Shown here: positions 8,001-16,810 of the stretch, piece by piece
Layout: the number at the start of each line of letters is the position of its first letter
Numbering within the stretch: position 1 is the first letter of the stretch
Source of the DNA: Candidatus Parcubacteria bacterium
GTDB lineage: Bacteria; Patescibacteriota; Minisyncoccia; Minisyncoccales; JAGLUP01
Reading direction: 5' to 3'
NCBI GenBank assembly: GCA_023134715.1
Contig: JAGLUP010000003.1
Location: forward strand, 2,019-66,018
DNA: 64,000 bases
Position numbers and translations under genes: made by a program
Notes under the pieces: generated by a model
The model's input: only the letters and a program-made list of their open reading frames with translations
Told to the model about the DNA's origin: nothing
Databases searched by the model: none

Positions 8001-8524
8001 AAAAATTGATTGATAATGATTTAGAAAAAAAAATGAAGCGAGTACGAGAGATTACAGCTTTAGCTTTGGCAGAGCGAGCAGAAATAGGAATAAAAGTCAG
8101 ACAACCACTTAAAAAGCTAAAAATTAAAACACAAAACACAAAAATTCCAGAGGAATTATTAGAGCTAATAAAAGAAGAGGTTAATGTTAAAGAGATAGTT
8201 TTTGATAAAAAAATTAAAAAAGAGATAGAACTTGATGTAAAGATTACTTCAGAGCTAAAAGAAGAGGGAATGCTCAGAGAGGTTATTCGTCAGATTCAGG
8301 TAATGCGGAAAAAAGCTGGGTATAAGCCAAGACACAGAGTTTTGGTCCGCTATTTTGGTTCTTCTTTCTTAAATAAAGTTTTAGCCAGAAATAAAGAGTT
8401 TATTCTAAAAGAAGTTGTGGCTGAAGATTTTCGAGCAGGAGATAGACCGAGAATGGTTTTTGATATTGAACGGGAGGTAAAAGTTAATCAAGAAAAACTC
8501 TGGCTGGGAATCAGAAAAATTTAA
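5063..8524 (+). CDS. ileS: isoleucine--tRNA ligase (type 2-like) with inserted histidine-phosphatase domain
   Basis: 1153 aa. PPFATGLPHYGH (HIGH), WDCHGLP, editing-domain motifs, KLSKRLKN (KMSKS), DCWFESGSMPYAQ. Extra RHG...SHG domain encoded at about 6515..7085. Confidence 0.95.
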   Translation: MEFSLPKNEEKILKFWKEHKIFEKSIEQRKGARIFSFYDGPPFATGLPHYGHILATTIKDAVLRYWAMQGYQVPRRVGWDCHGLPVENLIEKELGLKTKKDIEKLGIGKFNESCHGSVFRCVKEFQKTLERVGRWADYSNAYATMDNNYIESVWWVLAQLHKKGLVYKDFRVTPYCPRCGTALSNFELNQPGAYQEIEDESIYIKFSLKKKKNTYLLVWTTTPWTLPANTAIAINPKFDYVKIKIKNEYFILAKERLNVLSSDYKVIEKFKGKELIGLEYKALYQKIADKTQKTGNIYKVVAADFVSLEDGTGMVHIAPAFGVDDMELGKKENLPVLITVDLEGKIVKDSDIPGEGRFVKTADKDIKEDLEKRDLLFKQEKIIHKYPFCWRCDTPLLYYPLDSWYVAVTKFKEQLIKNNKKIRWVPAHLKEGRFGKWLEKARDWSFSRNRYWGAPLPIWECKECGHNKVISSKEDLKKQKFSNNKYFTLRHGLAQQNVKGIISITPNNNYHLTKIGEIQIKKAAREIKKLLKTQKLDLIFASDFLRTKETAEIIAKETMAKIKFDKRLWDINLGVWDGKSVLRFKAEFLKSNKKLFYEAPEKGETWVNCRKRMIDFIQDVEKKYKNKNILIVSHGDPLWLLGGAMQGLENEEMFGFLDRKKGGVKPGELQEIEYRKFPYNEQGKLDFHRPYIDEVKFICSKCGKKMERVKEVFDCWFESGSMPYAQWHYPFENKEFVEKTFPADFIAEGIDQTRGWFYTLNVLSTALFNEPAFKNVVVNGLVLGEDGKKLSKRLKNYTAPEIIFDNQGADALRYFLLSSAQIGENYIVSEKRIAEVLRRTILTFWNSFIFFDTYADKKFRSSKIKKSKNILDKWIISKLNSLDLEVVELMNKYELTKATRLFDDFINDLSNWYIRRSRRRLQKPKTKQEKEEASQILYYLLLSLTKLLAPFTPFISEEVYQKLGGRKESVHLEDYPKPDKKLIDNDLEKKMKRVREITALALAERAEIGIKVRQPLKKLKIKTQNTKIPEELLELIKEEVNVKEIVFDKKIKKEIELDVKITSELKEEGMLREVIRQIQVMRKKAGYKPRHRVLVRYFGSSFLNKVLARNKEFILKEVVAEDFRAGDRPRMVFDIEREVKVNQEKLWLGIRKI

Positions 8525-8530
8525 AATTTT

Positions 8531-9247
8531 ATGTTTACTCATTATCGAACGCAGGGCATTATTATAAAAAAAATTGATAAGGGAGAAGCTGCTCGGATTT
8601 TTACAATCTATACTCGCGATTTTGGGAAATTAAAAGTTTTAGCCAAAGCAGAAAGAAAAATTAAGTCAAAATTAAGAGCAGGGTTGGAACTTTTTTATTT
8701 ATCAGAAATTGAGTTTATTCAAGGCAAGAACTATAAAACCCTTACTGATGTTGTTTTAATTGACAGTTTTCAGAGTATAAGAGAAGATTTAGAACGATTA
8801 AAAATCGCCTATAAAATTTCCGAAATTTTGGATAATTTTATAAAGGAGGAACAGGCAGACAAAAAAATTTGGGGCTTATTAAGTGAAACTTTTGATAGAT
8901 TAAATAATTTAAAATTAGAAATTATATACTATTATTTCCTTTGGAATTTTTTTTCAATTTTAGGATATCAGCCAGAGCTTTATCTTTGTTCTATTTGTCA
9001 AAACAAGCTTGCCCCTGAAAAACTTTATTTTAGTTATAAAGATGGTGGGATAATTTGCAGCCGATGTTTTGAGAAAATAAAATCAGAAGAATTTGAAGCA
9101 ACAACTTCAGAAACAGTTAAGATTTTACGCCTTATTTTGAAAAGAAAATGGGAAGTTGTTAAACATCTTAAAATAGAGAACAAAAATATAGAAAATCTTA
9201 AGAATATTTCTAATTATTATATTTCTGAATTGCAAAATAATTTTTAA
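8531..9247 (+). CDS. recO: DNA repair protein RecO
   Basis: 238 aa. N-terminal OB-fold pattern (GIIIKKIDKGEAARIFTIYTRDFGKL) and CxxC...CxxC zinc motif. Confidence 0.8.
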   Translation: MFTHYRTQGIIIKKIDKGEAARIFTIYTRDFGKLKVLAKAERKIKSKLRAGLELFYLSEIEFIQGKNYKTLTDVVLIDSFQSIREDLERLKIAYKISEILDNFIKEEQADKKIWGLLSETFDRLNNLKLEIIYYYFLWNFFSILGYQPELYLCSICQNKLAPEKLYFSYKDGGIICSRCFEKIKSEEFEATTSETVKILRLILKRKWEVVKHLKIENKNIENLKNISNYYISELQNNF

Positions 9248-9262
9248 AAAGTTATTATAAAG

Positions 9263-10066
9263 ATGATGAATATAAAACAAAAAGGGTTTACTATCGTAGA
9301 GCTTTTAGTTGTTCTTGCTATATTTGGAATTTTATCTGGTCTTGTTGTAGTAACACTTAAAAGCATGAAAGACGAAGCTCGGCTGAAAAAAGCAATGGAA
9401 TTTGCTCATACCGTGAGAGTTAGCTTGGGTTCTGACTTAGTCGGCGAATGGACTTTTGACGATTCCAGCGATTTAGGAAGAGATACCAGCGGTTATGAAA
9501 ACCATGCAACTGTTCACGGAACTACTCCAGTTGATGGAATCGTTAGGGGAGCTTTGAGTTTTAATGGAACCAGTGACCATATTGACTGTGGAAACAATGA
9601 GAGTTTATGCTCTAATGATAATTCATGGACTATAGAAGCGTGGTTTAACTGGGGCGGCAAAAGTGGAGAGAATATAATTTATAATAAAGAAAATTTATAT
9701 GAGGCAAGAGTTAATAATGGTTATTTTCAATATGCATGGCAGCCTCATTGGCATTGGGATGGAGGAACAGATTTTTCTGTAGATTCAAATAAGTGGCATC
9801 ATGCAGTAGTTGTTTATGATAAGTCGAGCCAATATGTTTATAAAGATGGAGAGCTTGTTTATACAAGGCCTCAAGAAGGGAATATAGGAAATAATACTAA
9901 TAAATTATTAATAGGCGCTCGCGGTCATACATCTCCTCGCAATTATTTTGATGGCGCAATCGATGAAGTGCGGATTTATAATCGGGCATTGACAACAGCG
10001 GAGATTCAAAAGTATTATGCCGAAGGCGCTGCTAAATATGGAATATGTCTTTTAGAAAAAAAATAA
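9263..10066 (+). CDS. type IV pilin-like protein with LamG/concanavalin-type lectin head
   Basis: Prepilin motif KGFTIVELLVVLAIFGIL. C-terminal LamG_3-like pattern (GALSFNGTSDHID..., WHHAVVVYD, FDGAIDEVRIYNRAL). Confidence 0.8.
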   Translation: MMNIKQKGFTIVELLVVLAIFGILSGLVVVTLKSMKDEARLKKAMEFAHTVRVSLGSDLVGEWTFDDSSDLGRDTSGYENHATVHGTTPVDGIVRGALSFNGTSDHIDCGNNESLCSNDNSWTIEAWFNWGGKSGENIIYNKENLYEARVNNGYFQYAWQPHWHWDGGTDFSVDSNKWHHAVVVYDKSSQYVYKDGELVYTRPQEGNIGNNTNKLLIGARGHTSPRNYFDGAIDEVRIYNRALTTAEIQKYYAEGAAKYGICLLEKK

Positions 10067-11700
10067 CAATTTTAATTATAGTTTTAACCTTGGGATTAGG
10101 GATAGTCGGCTATTGGGAGCATCAGAAAAATCTTTATTCAAAAGATATTTTAAAATTGGAAATTTTAGGCCCGGAAACAGCAGAAACAGGAGAAGAGATT
10201 GAATATACGGTAAAATATAAGAATAACGGAAATGTTCGATTAGAAGACGCTAAGCTTATTTTTGAATATCCAGAATATTCTTTAATCAAGCAAGGCGATT
10301 CATTAAGGGTAGAACAGGAATTAGACGATATTTATCCTGGGGAGGAAAAAACCTTTCACTTTGAATGTCGGCTTTTAGGGAAAGAGAAAGAGATGAAAAC
10401 TGCCAAGGCCTTTATTTTTTATCGTCCTAAAGATTTAAAAGCTCGATATGAGTCAAAAACAAGTTTTAGCACAAAGATTGAATTTATCCCTTTGACTTTT
10501 GAATTTGACCTTTCTTCTAAAGTTGACAGTATGAAAGAAATTTCTTTTGCTCTAAATTATTTTTCCAACATAGATTATTCCTTAACTGATTTAAGAGTTA
10601 AAATTGAATATCCTTCTGGATTTGAATTTTTAGAGAGTCAGCCTCAATCTTTAGAAAAAATAGAATGGGAAATTGGCTCTTTAAATAAAGCTGAAGGAGG
10701 AAGGATAAAAATTAAAGGAAAACTGCAAGGAGAAATAGGAGATCAAAAAACTTTTCGAGCGATTTTGGGCATTTGGCAGGAAGGAGAGTTTATCCTTTTA
10801 AAAGAGGCGGTTAAAACAGTAGAAATTATTGAACCCTCTTTATACATAAATCAGGAAATTAATGGTTCTTCTCAATATACTGCTGCTCCTGGCGATTTTT
10901 TGCATTATGAGATTTTCTTTAAAAATATTGGAGAAGAGGCGTTTGAGAAATTATTTTTGGTAGTAAAACTTGAAGGCAAGCCATTTGATTTAGAATCTTT
11001 AAAAACGTCAGAAGGGGAATATAAATCTGGAGATAATTCAATTATTTGGGATTGGAGAAAAGTTTCAAAACTTCGATTTTTGGACGCTCAAGAAGAGGGG
11101 GTAGTTGAATTTTGGGTGAACTTAAAAGAGGAATGGCAAGTGTCTGGACCCCAAGATAAAAACTCTTTTATTAAAAATACAGTTATTCTTTCTCAAACCA
11201 AAGAAGAATTTAAAACAAAAATCAATTCAAAAATAGAATTGACTCAAAAAGGTTATTTTGAGCAGGAATTTTGGGAAAATTCAGGAACAATTCCTCCAAA
11301 AGTTGGAGAAACAACTGCTTATACAATTTTGTGGCAGGCTAAGAATTTTTATAACGACGCAGAGAATGTAAAAGTAAAAGCTATTTTGCCTCAAGAAGTT
11401 AAATTAACCGGCGAAATTTTTCCAAAAGAATCAAAGCTTAGTTTTGATTTTAAATCCAGGGAGCTTGTTTGGGACATAGGAGATCTTAAAGCAGGTGAAG
11501 AAAATCCCGTGCTTGCCTTTCAAGTTGTCTTAACTCCAAGTTCTCAACAAAAAGGTCAGACACCGTCTCTTATTGGAGAAGCAAGAATTATTTGCGAAGA
11601 CCAGTGGACAGAGCAGATTTTAGAAAGCAATGCCGAAACTGTCAACACCACTTTACCGGATGATGAAACAGTTAGCGAAGAACAGGGAATAGTTCAATAG
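10045..11700 (+). CDS. membrane-anchored surface protein with repeated Ig-like (DUF11/CARDB-like) segments; function unknown
   Basis: 551 aa. N-terminal TM helix, repeated segments of type GEEIEYTVKYKNNGNV. Overlaps the preceding pilin gene by 22 nt. Confidence 0.55.
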   Translation: MSFRKKITILIIVLTLGLGIVGYWEHQKNLYSKDILKLEILGPETAETGEEIEYTVKYKNNGNVRLEDAKLIFEYPEYSLIKQGDSLRVEQELDDIYPGEEKTFHFECRLLGKEKEMKTAKAFIFYRPKDLKARYESKTSFSTKIEFIPLTFEFDLSSKVDSMKEISFALNYFSNIDYSLTDLRVKIEYPSGFEFLESQPQSLEKIEWEIGSLNKAEGGRIKIKGKLQGEIGDQKTFRAILGIWQEGEFILLKEAVKTVEIIEPSLYINQEINGSSQYTAAPGDFLHYEIFFKNIGEEAFEKLFLVVKLEGKPFDLESLKTSEGEYKSGDNSIIWDWRKVSKLRFLDAQEEGVVEFWVNLKEEWQVSGPQDKNSFIKNTVILSQTKEEFKTKINSKIELTQKGYFEQEFWENSGTIPPKVGETTAYTILWQAKNFYNDAENVKVKAILPQEVKLTGEIFPKESKLSFDFKSRELVWDIGDLKAGEENPVLAFQVVLTPSSQQKGQTPSLIGEARIICEDQWTEQILESNAETVNTTLPDDETVSEEQGIVQ

Positions 11701-11714
11701 AATTACTAATTTTC

Positions 11715-12159
11715 AATTTCTAATTTCTATTAAATCTTCAATGACTAAATTTTCAAACAGCAAGAACAAAGAATATGATTTAGAGGAAAGAACAGCGAAA
11801 TTTAGCGAAGATATAATAGAATTTATAAAGAGCATTAAGCGAGATGATATTAACAGAAATATTATTACACAATTAGCAAGAGCAGCAACCTCTGTTGGAG
11901 CAAATTGCTGCGAAGCAAATGCCTCAAGCTCAAAACGAGATTTTAGAAATAAGATATACATCTGTAAAAAGGAAACTAATGAAACAAAATACTGGCTTAG
12001 AATATTGGCTAAATATTACCCTGAGTCAAAAGAAAAAATAAGAGTTTTCTGGAAAGAAGCTCATGAATTTCATCTAATTTTTCAAAAAATCACCAACACG
12101 CTGGACAAGAAAAAAGTTTAGAAATTAAAAAATTAGACATTTAATAGAAATTAGAAATT
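11715..12159. mobile_element. IVS-like cassette: four-helix-bundle ORF bounded by perfect 21-bp inverted repeats built from AATTTCT heptamers
   Basis: 11715..11735 AATTTCTAATTTCTATTAAAT is the exact reverse complement of 12139..12159. Extra AGAAATT units extend to about 12173. Confidence 0.6.
11741..12121 (+). CDS. four-helix-bundle protein (23S rRNA intervening-sequence protein family)
   Basis: 126 aa. QLARAATSVGANCCEA, RDFRNKIYICKKETNETKYWL motifs typical of the family. Confidence 0.8.
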   Translation: MTKFSNSKNKEYDLEERTAKFSEDIIEFIKSIKRDDINRNIITQLARAATSVGANCCEANASSSKRDFRNKIYICKKETNETKYWLRILAKYYPESKEKIRVFWKEAHEFHLIFQKITNTLDKKKV

Positions 12160-12181
12160 AGAAATTAGAAATTCTTAAATT

Positions 12182-13447
12182 ATGTATAAAAAAATTACAT
12201 TAAAAAACGGTTTGCGGATTATTACTGTTCCTATGAAAAACACTCAGACAGCGACTGTTTTAGTGTTGGTTGGAGCTGGTTCAAAATATGAGAATAAAGA
12301 AAATAACGGCATTTCTCATTTTTTAGAACATATGTTTTTTAAGGGAACAAAGAAGAGACCGAATACTTTAAAAATTGCCGAGACGCTGGATAAAGTTGGA
12401 GGAGTGTTTAACGCTTTCACTGGAAAAGAATATACCGGCTATTGGGCAAAAGTTGATTCTCAACATTTAGATTTAGCCATGGATTGGGTTTCAGATATGT
12501 TTTTAAATTCAAAAATAGAGGAAAAAGAAATAAAAAAAGAAAAAGGAGTGATAATTGAAGAATTAAATATGATTTTAGACACACCAATGAGTTATATTGG
12601 AGATCTTTGGGAAAAACTTCTTTACGGGAATCAGCCAGCTGGATGGTTTATAATTGGAGAAGAGAAGAATATCTTAAAATTTAAGAGAAAACATTTTTTA
12701 AATTACCAAAAAAATCATTATTCAGCTCATAATACTATAATTTGTGTCGCCGGGAATATAAATCCAAAAAATGTAGAGAAAAAAATTAAGAAATATTTTA
12801 AAAGCATAGGAGCAATTATCCCAAAGTCAAAATTGAAAACAATTGAAAAGCAAAATCAGCCGCAATTTTTAATTCATTTTAAGAAAACAGACCAAACCCA
12901 CCTTTGCTTGGGAGTAAGAGGTTGTGATTTATTTGCCTCGCAAAAATACGCGCAAGCGGTTTTAGCCGCGATTTTAGGCGGTTATATGAGTTCCCGGCTT
13001 CATATTTCTGTAAGAGAAAGACAGGGATTGGCTTATTATATCCATACTTATTCAGAAAACACCACTGATACTGGTTACTTAATGACGTTAGCCGGAATAA
13101 ACAATCAATCAGTAGAAAAAGCGATAAAATTGATTTTAAAAGAATATAAAGATTTGAAAAATAGAAAGATAAATCAAGAAGAACTGCAAAAAGCAAAGGA
13201 CTATTTGAAAGGAACTATGACGTTGTCCTTAGAGCCATCTGACGCTCAAGCGTCTTTCTATGCCAGTCAGGAATTATTATCTCAAAAAACCTTAACTTTA
13301 AAAGAAAAATGCGCTAAAATTGATAAAATAACCAGAGAAGATATTTTAAATACAGCTCAAGATATTTTTCAGCCGGAAAAACTGAATTTAGCCCTTATCG
13401 GACCGTTTAGAGATAAAAATAAATTTCAGAAATTATTAAAATTATGA
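12182..13447 (+). CDS. M16 (pitrilysin/insulinase) family zinc peptidase
   Basis: 421 aa. HFLEHMFFKGT (HxxEH) motif. Confidence 0.85.
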   Translation: MYKKITLKNGLRIITVPMKNTQTATVLVLVGAGSKYENKENNGISHFLEHMFFKGTKKRPNTLKIAETLDKVGGVFNAFTGKEYTGYWAKVDSQHLDLAMDWVSDMFLNSKIEEKEIKKEKGVIIEELNMILDTPMSYIGDLWEKLLYGNQPAGWFIIGEEKNILKFKRKHFLNYQKNHYSAHNTIICVAGNINPKNVEKKIKKYFKSIGAIIPKSKLKTIEKQNQPQFLIHFKKTDQTHLCLGVRGCDLFASQKYAQAVLAAILGGYMSSRLHISVRERQGLAYYIHTYSENTTDTGYLMTLAGINNQSVEKAIKLILKEYKDLKNRKINQEELQKAKDYLKGTMTLSLEPSDAQASFYASQELLSQKTLTLKEKCAKIDKITREDILNTAQDIFQPEKLNLALIGPFRDKNKFQKLLKL

Positions 13448-14484
13448 ATAATCAAAAAGTATTAGACATTTCATGGGGAACGATTTTTAAGCTTTTTATA
13501 GCTATTGTTTGTTTTTATATTCTTTTTTTAATAAAAGACATTATTGTCTGGTTTCTTTTTGCTTTGATTATTTCAATTCTTTTTAATCCGGCAATAGATT
13601 TTTTACAAAGGAGAAGAATTCCGCGAGTAGTGAGCGTTGTTTTTATCTATTTATGTATCTTCGGCATATTAAGCTATTTAATTTTTTCCTTTCTTCCTTT
13701 ATTTATTTCGGAAATTGAAAATTTTTCTAAACTTCTTCCTCAATATTTTGAAAAAGCGTTTCCCTTTTTTCAAGGACTTGGAATTCAGGCGTTTCAAGAC
13801 ACGGAGAGCTTTGTTGGAATTTTAGGAGATGATTTGCAGGGAGTAGCCGCAAATATGTTTAGCGCCTTTTTCGCGATTTTTGGAGGAATTTTTTCAACGA
13901 TGTTTGTTATTACCATGGCTATTTTTCTTTCTTTAGAAGAAAAAGTCGTAGAAAAAACCTTGATTCTTTTTTTTCCAAAAGAATATGAGGAATATGCTTT
14001 AAATCTTTGGCCGAGATGCCAAAAAAAGGTAGGCGGTTGGTTTTTGACTAGGGTTATCGCCTGCTTGTTTGTGGGAGCATTCTCTTACCTTGCTTTTGCG
14101 CTTCTTAATACGGAATATCCTTTTTCCTTGGGTCTTTTAGCCGGAGTTCTTAATTTTATTCCCATAGTGGGGCCGATTATTACTAGTCTTTTGATTTTCT
14201 TTATTGTTGCATTGGATTCTTTTACTAAAGCGATATTTGCTTTGGTTGCTTTTACTTTGATTCAGCAAATTGAAAATAATATTTTGACCCCGATACTTTC
14301 TCAGAGATTTGTCGGACTTTCTCCGGTTTTAACTTTAGTGGCTCTGGCAGTTGGAGGAACGCTTTGGGGTATTTTGGGAGCGATTTTAGTTATTCCCTTA
14401 GTCGGAATATTGTTTGAATTTACTAAAGATTTTTTACAGAAGAGAAAAAAAGAATTTGAGGAAGAGAAAGCGCCAATATTGTGA
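13444..14484 (+). CDS. AI-2E family transporter (PerM/UPF0118-like)
   Basis: 346 aa polytopic membrane protein. Family-typical IPIVGP and QQIENNILTP segments. Confidence 0.7.
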   Translation: MNNQKVLDISWGTIFKLFIAIVCFYILFLIKDIIVWFLFALIISILFNPAIDFLQRRRIPRVVSVVFIYLCIFGILSYLIFSFLPLFISEIENFSKLLPQYFEKAFPFFQGLGIQAFQDTESFVGILGDDLQGVAANMFSAFFAIFGGIFSTMFVITMAIFLSLEEKVVEKTLILFFPKEYEEYALNLWPRCQKKVGGWFLTRVIACLFVGAFSYLAFALLNTEYPFSLGLLAGVLNFIPIVGPIITSLLIFFIVALDSFTKAIFALVAFTLIQQIENNILTPILSQRFVGLSPVLTLVALAVGGTLWGILGAILVIPLVGILFEFTKDFLQKRKKEFEEEKAPIL

Positions 14485-14549
14485 ATAACTTTCTTGTTAA
14501 TAATTTTAAAAATGATATTATAAAATAATAATAAGTAATTATAAAAAAT

Positions 14550-15074
14550 ATGTTTAAAATTATTTTAGATTTTGTAAAAAAATATCTTCTTCCTCTCGTC
14601 ATTATTGTTTTAGTAATTTTTGTTTTGTTATTAATGAATCATATCTCTGTTTTAAACAAGGAAATAGCTTCTTTGTATCAAAAATCTTTACCCGAGACAA
14701 TTAAACCGCAGGAATCTGGAGCTGGAAATGTAGGAGAAATTATGGTTGAAGATGAAGAAACCGGCGAACAAGCTCCTTTAGTTTCTCCTATTATGCCTCC
14801 GGAAATTTTTAGCACTACTGGAATTATTATTGAAGTAAAAACAGACAGAGTAATTATCAAAGGCAAAGGCACTAATTTTGCCGATGGCAAAGCCAGGGTC
14901 TTAACAGTTGTTTTTACTAACGAGACAATAACTTTTGACAAAACCTCTACTTTTCGCCAAACAGGCGCCATAGGATTAAAGCAGCTTGAATCAGCAATGG
15001 AAGTTTTAATAGGAAGTTCAGAAAATATTCGGGGAAAAACTGAATTTAAAGCAAAAACACTTAAAATCCTTTAA
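14550..15074 (+). CDS. hypothetical membrane-anchored protein
   Basis: 174 aa with a single N-terminal TM helix. No recognised domain. Confidence 0.5.
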   Translation: MFKIILDFVKKYLLPLVIIVLVIFVLLLMNHISVLNKEIASLYQKSLPETIKPQESGAGNVGEIMVEDEETGEQAPLVSPIMPPEIFSTTGIIIEVKTDRVIIKGKGTNFADGKARVLTVVFTNETITFDKTSTFRQTGAIGLKQLESAMEVLIGSSENIRGKTEFKAKTLKIL

Positions 15075-15085
15075 TTATTAAATTC

Positions 15086-15146
15086 CAGTTTCTAAATTTT
15101 AAATTCTAAATATAATTTTGGATTTTGGATTTTGGATTTTGGATTT
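15086..15146 (+). repeat. heptamer arrays TTCTAAA/TTTTAAA/TTCTAAA then (TTTTGGA)x4
   Basis: (TTTTGGA)x4 at 15116..15143 is the reverse complement of the TCCAAAA array inside argS. The track ORF start at 15125 lies in this repeat and is probably spurious. Confidence 0.8.
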
Positions 15147-15154
15147 ATGTTATT

Positions 15155-16714
15155 ATGCTTAAATCAAAAAATCTTATTTCAATATTTACTGTTGTTTGCG
15201 CGACCTTGTTTGTCGCGGCAGTAATTTTCGCTTGGAACGAACCCTCGTCTGTTCCTCCTGGAGATAATGTTCCTACTCCTCTTAACACAGGAACCACTGC
15301 TCAAGTAAAAAACGCGAGATTATCCGCTACTGAGTTTTACGACGCTAATGACTCTAAATGCTACATTGATCCAGATGGAGAGAGCGTTCTCGGCAAACAT
15401 TCTAAATTGATTTTTCCTGGTAGTGAAAATTACTGTAAGCCCGATAGCAATTCTTCTTTTGGTGTCGTCATCAGGGTTCATGCCTTAGAAGATATCAGCA
15501 AATTTGACGCAGTAAGCGTAGAGTCTATGAATGCTGTTATTGCTTACAGAGCAGATGCTGATAATATAGATAGACGTCCGGCAATAGGAATAGCGACAGA
15601 AGATATTCCTTCCGGTACTTACGGCCGCGTTTTAATATCGGGTGAGGCGAGCAAGAATAACTGGTTTCCGTTGCCGACAAATCCATCGAGGCAGGTTTAT
15701 TTATCCACAACTCCTGGTCAGCTTACCGTTACTCCTCCCACATCTGCTGACGCTGTGATTCAAGTAATGGGTATTGCAATCGGTCGTCACGCTTTGTTTT
15801 TAAACCCATCGCTTCAATATGAAACAAGCGGCGGCGGAGGCGGAGATGGTAATAATTATGTTACGGGTATTTCATTCTCGGGCGACACTACTAAAACTCT
15901 TACTCTTAATAGAAGCGGTTTAAGCAATCTTACTGCCAATTTTACAGATCTTACTGGCGGAGCCGGCGGCGACGGCAACGATTATGTTGATAGTGTTAAT
16001 TTCAATACAGGCAATGGATTTTTTACTCTTGGTCGTACCGGAACATTATCTGACTTAAGCATAGATTTAGATGGAAGGTATTTGACAAGTTATTCCGAAA
16101 CTGATCCTCAGGTAGGAACTTTAACTAACGGTAAATGGTGTACCACTAACGGTTCCGTAGTGAATTGTACCTCAGATGCTCCTGGCGCCAGCAGTAGCGG
16201 CGATATTAGATTTCCTGACGGATACGAGGGAACCGCCAAAAATATAATTCTTGCTACAGGGAGTTATACCGTGCCTGCGGGAAAGACATTGTATATTACT
16301 ACAATGTTCAACCATCATGGTCTTGGAAACAGTCTTAAGATAGGAGGTGAATTTTATTACGTGATACCACACTATGTTTCTCTTTCTTCGCCTTTAATAG
16401 TCCCAGCAGGCAGTGTTCTAACTAGCAGTTGGGATTCATTAAACATTACGGGCATTGAAGTAAGCTCGGGAGTAACCGCCAAAAATGTAATTCTTGCTAC
16501 AGGAAGCTATACCGTGCCTGCGGGAAAGACATTGTATATTACTACAATGTTCAACCATAAGGATCTTCCGAACTATCTTAAGATAGGAGGTGAATTTTAT
16601 TACGGGATTCCAGCGTCAGACTGTGTTTCTCTTTCTTCGCCTTTAATAGTCCCAGCAGGCAGTGTTCTAACTAGCAGTTGGGATTCATTAAACATTACGG
16701 GCTATGAAAAGTAA
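15155..16714 (+). CDS. membrane-anchored, fibre-like surface protein with internal tandem repeats; function unknown
   Basis: Start moved to in-frame ATG MLKSKN. TM helix, then AWNEPSSVPPGDNVPTPLNTG. Gly-rich GDGNxYV repeats and two ~80-aa C-terminal repeats. Visibly GC-richer than its surroundings. Confidence 0.6.
   Translation: MLKSKNLISIFTVVCATLFVAAVIFAWNEPSSVPPGDNVPTPLNTGTTAQVKNARLSATEFYDANDSKCYIDPDGESVLGKHSKLIFPGSENYCKPDSNSSFGVVIRVHALEDISKFDAVSVESMNAVIAYRADADNIDRRPAIGIATEDIPSGTYGRVLISGEASKNNWFPLPTNPSRQVYLSTTPGQLTVTPPTSADAVIQVMGIAIGRHALFLNPSLQYETSGGGGGDGNNYVTGISFSGDTTKTLTLNRSGLSNLTANFTDLTGGAGGDGNDYVDSVNFNTGNGFFTLGRTGTLSDLSIDLDGRYLTSYSETDPQVGTLTNGKWCTTNGSVVNCTSDAPGASSSGDIRFPDGYEGTAKNIILATGSYTVPAGKTLYITTMFNHHGLGNSLKIGGEFYYVIPHYVSLSSPLIVPAGSVLTSSWDSLNITGIEVSSGVTAKNVILATGSYTVPAGKTLYITTMFNHKDLPNYLKIGGEFYYGIPASDCVSLSSPLIVPAGSVLTSSWDSLNITGYEK
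16232..16702 (+). repeat. tandem duplication (period 243 nt) inside the surface-protein gene with two short hypervariable patches
   Basis: 16232..16452 vs 16475..16702 are near-identical. They differ at HHGLGNS/HKDLPNY and VIPHY/GIPASDC. Confidence 0.85.
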
Positions 16715-16810
16715 GTAGAAAATAGCGTTAACTCTATTTTAAAATGGTTTGAAATGGCTTAAAATCAGAGGTTAAATCTAAAAGAAAAAATATGAAATTA
16801 GAATTTTATT

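Noticed and set aside
15125-15154. Track start codon of the surface-protein ORF (MDFGFWIYVIM...)
   Set aside because: These codons are simply the (TTTTGGA)n heptamer array read in frame. The in-frame ATG at 15155 followed by a signal-anchor sequence is a more plausible start.
16232-16702. Diversity-generating retroelement (template/variable repeat pair)
   Set aside because: The differences between the two copies are not restricted to adenine positions. Both copies lie in one reading frame, and no reverse transcriptase or accessory gene is nearby. I treat it as a tandem domain duplication instead.
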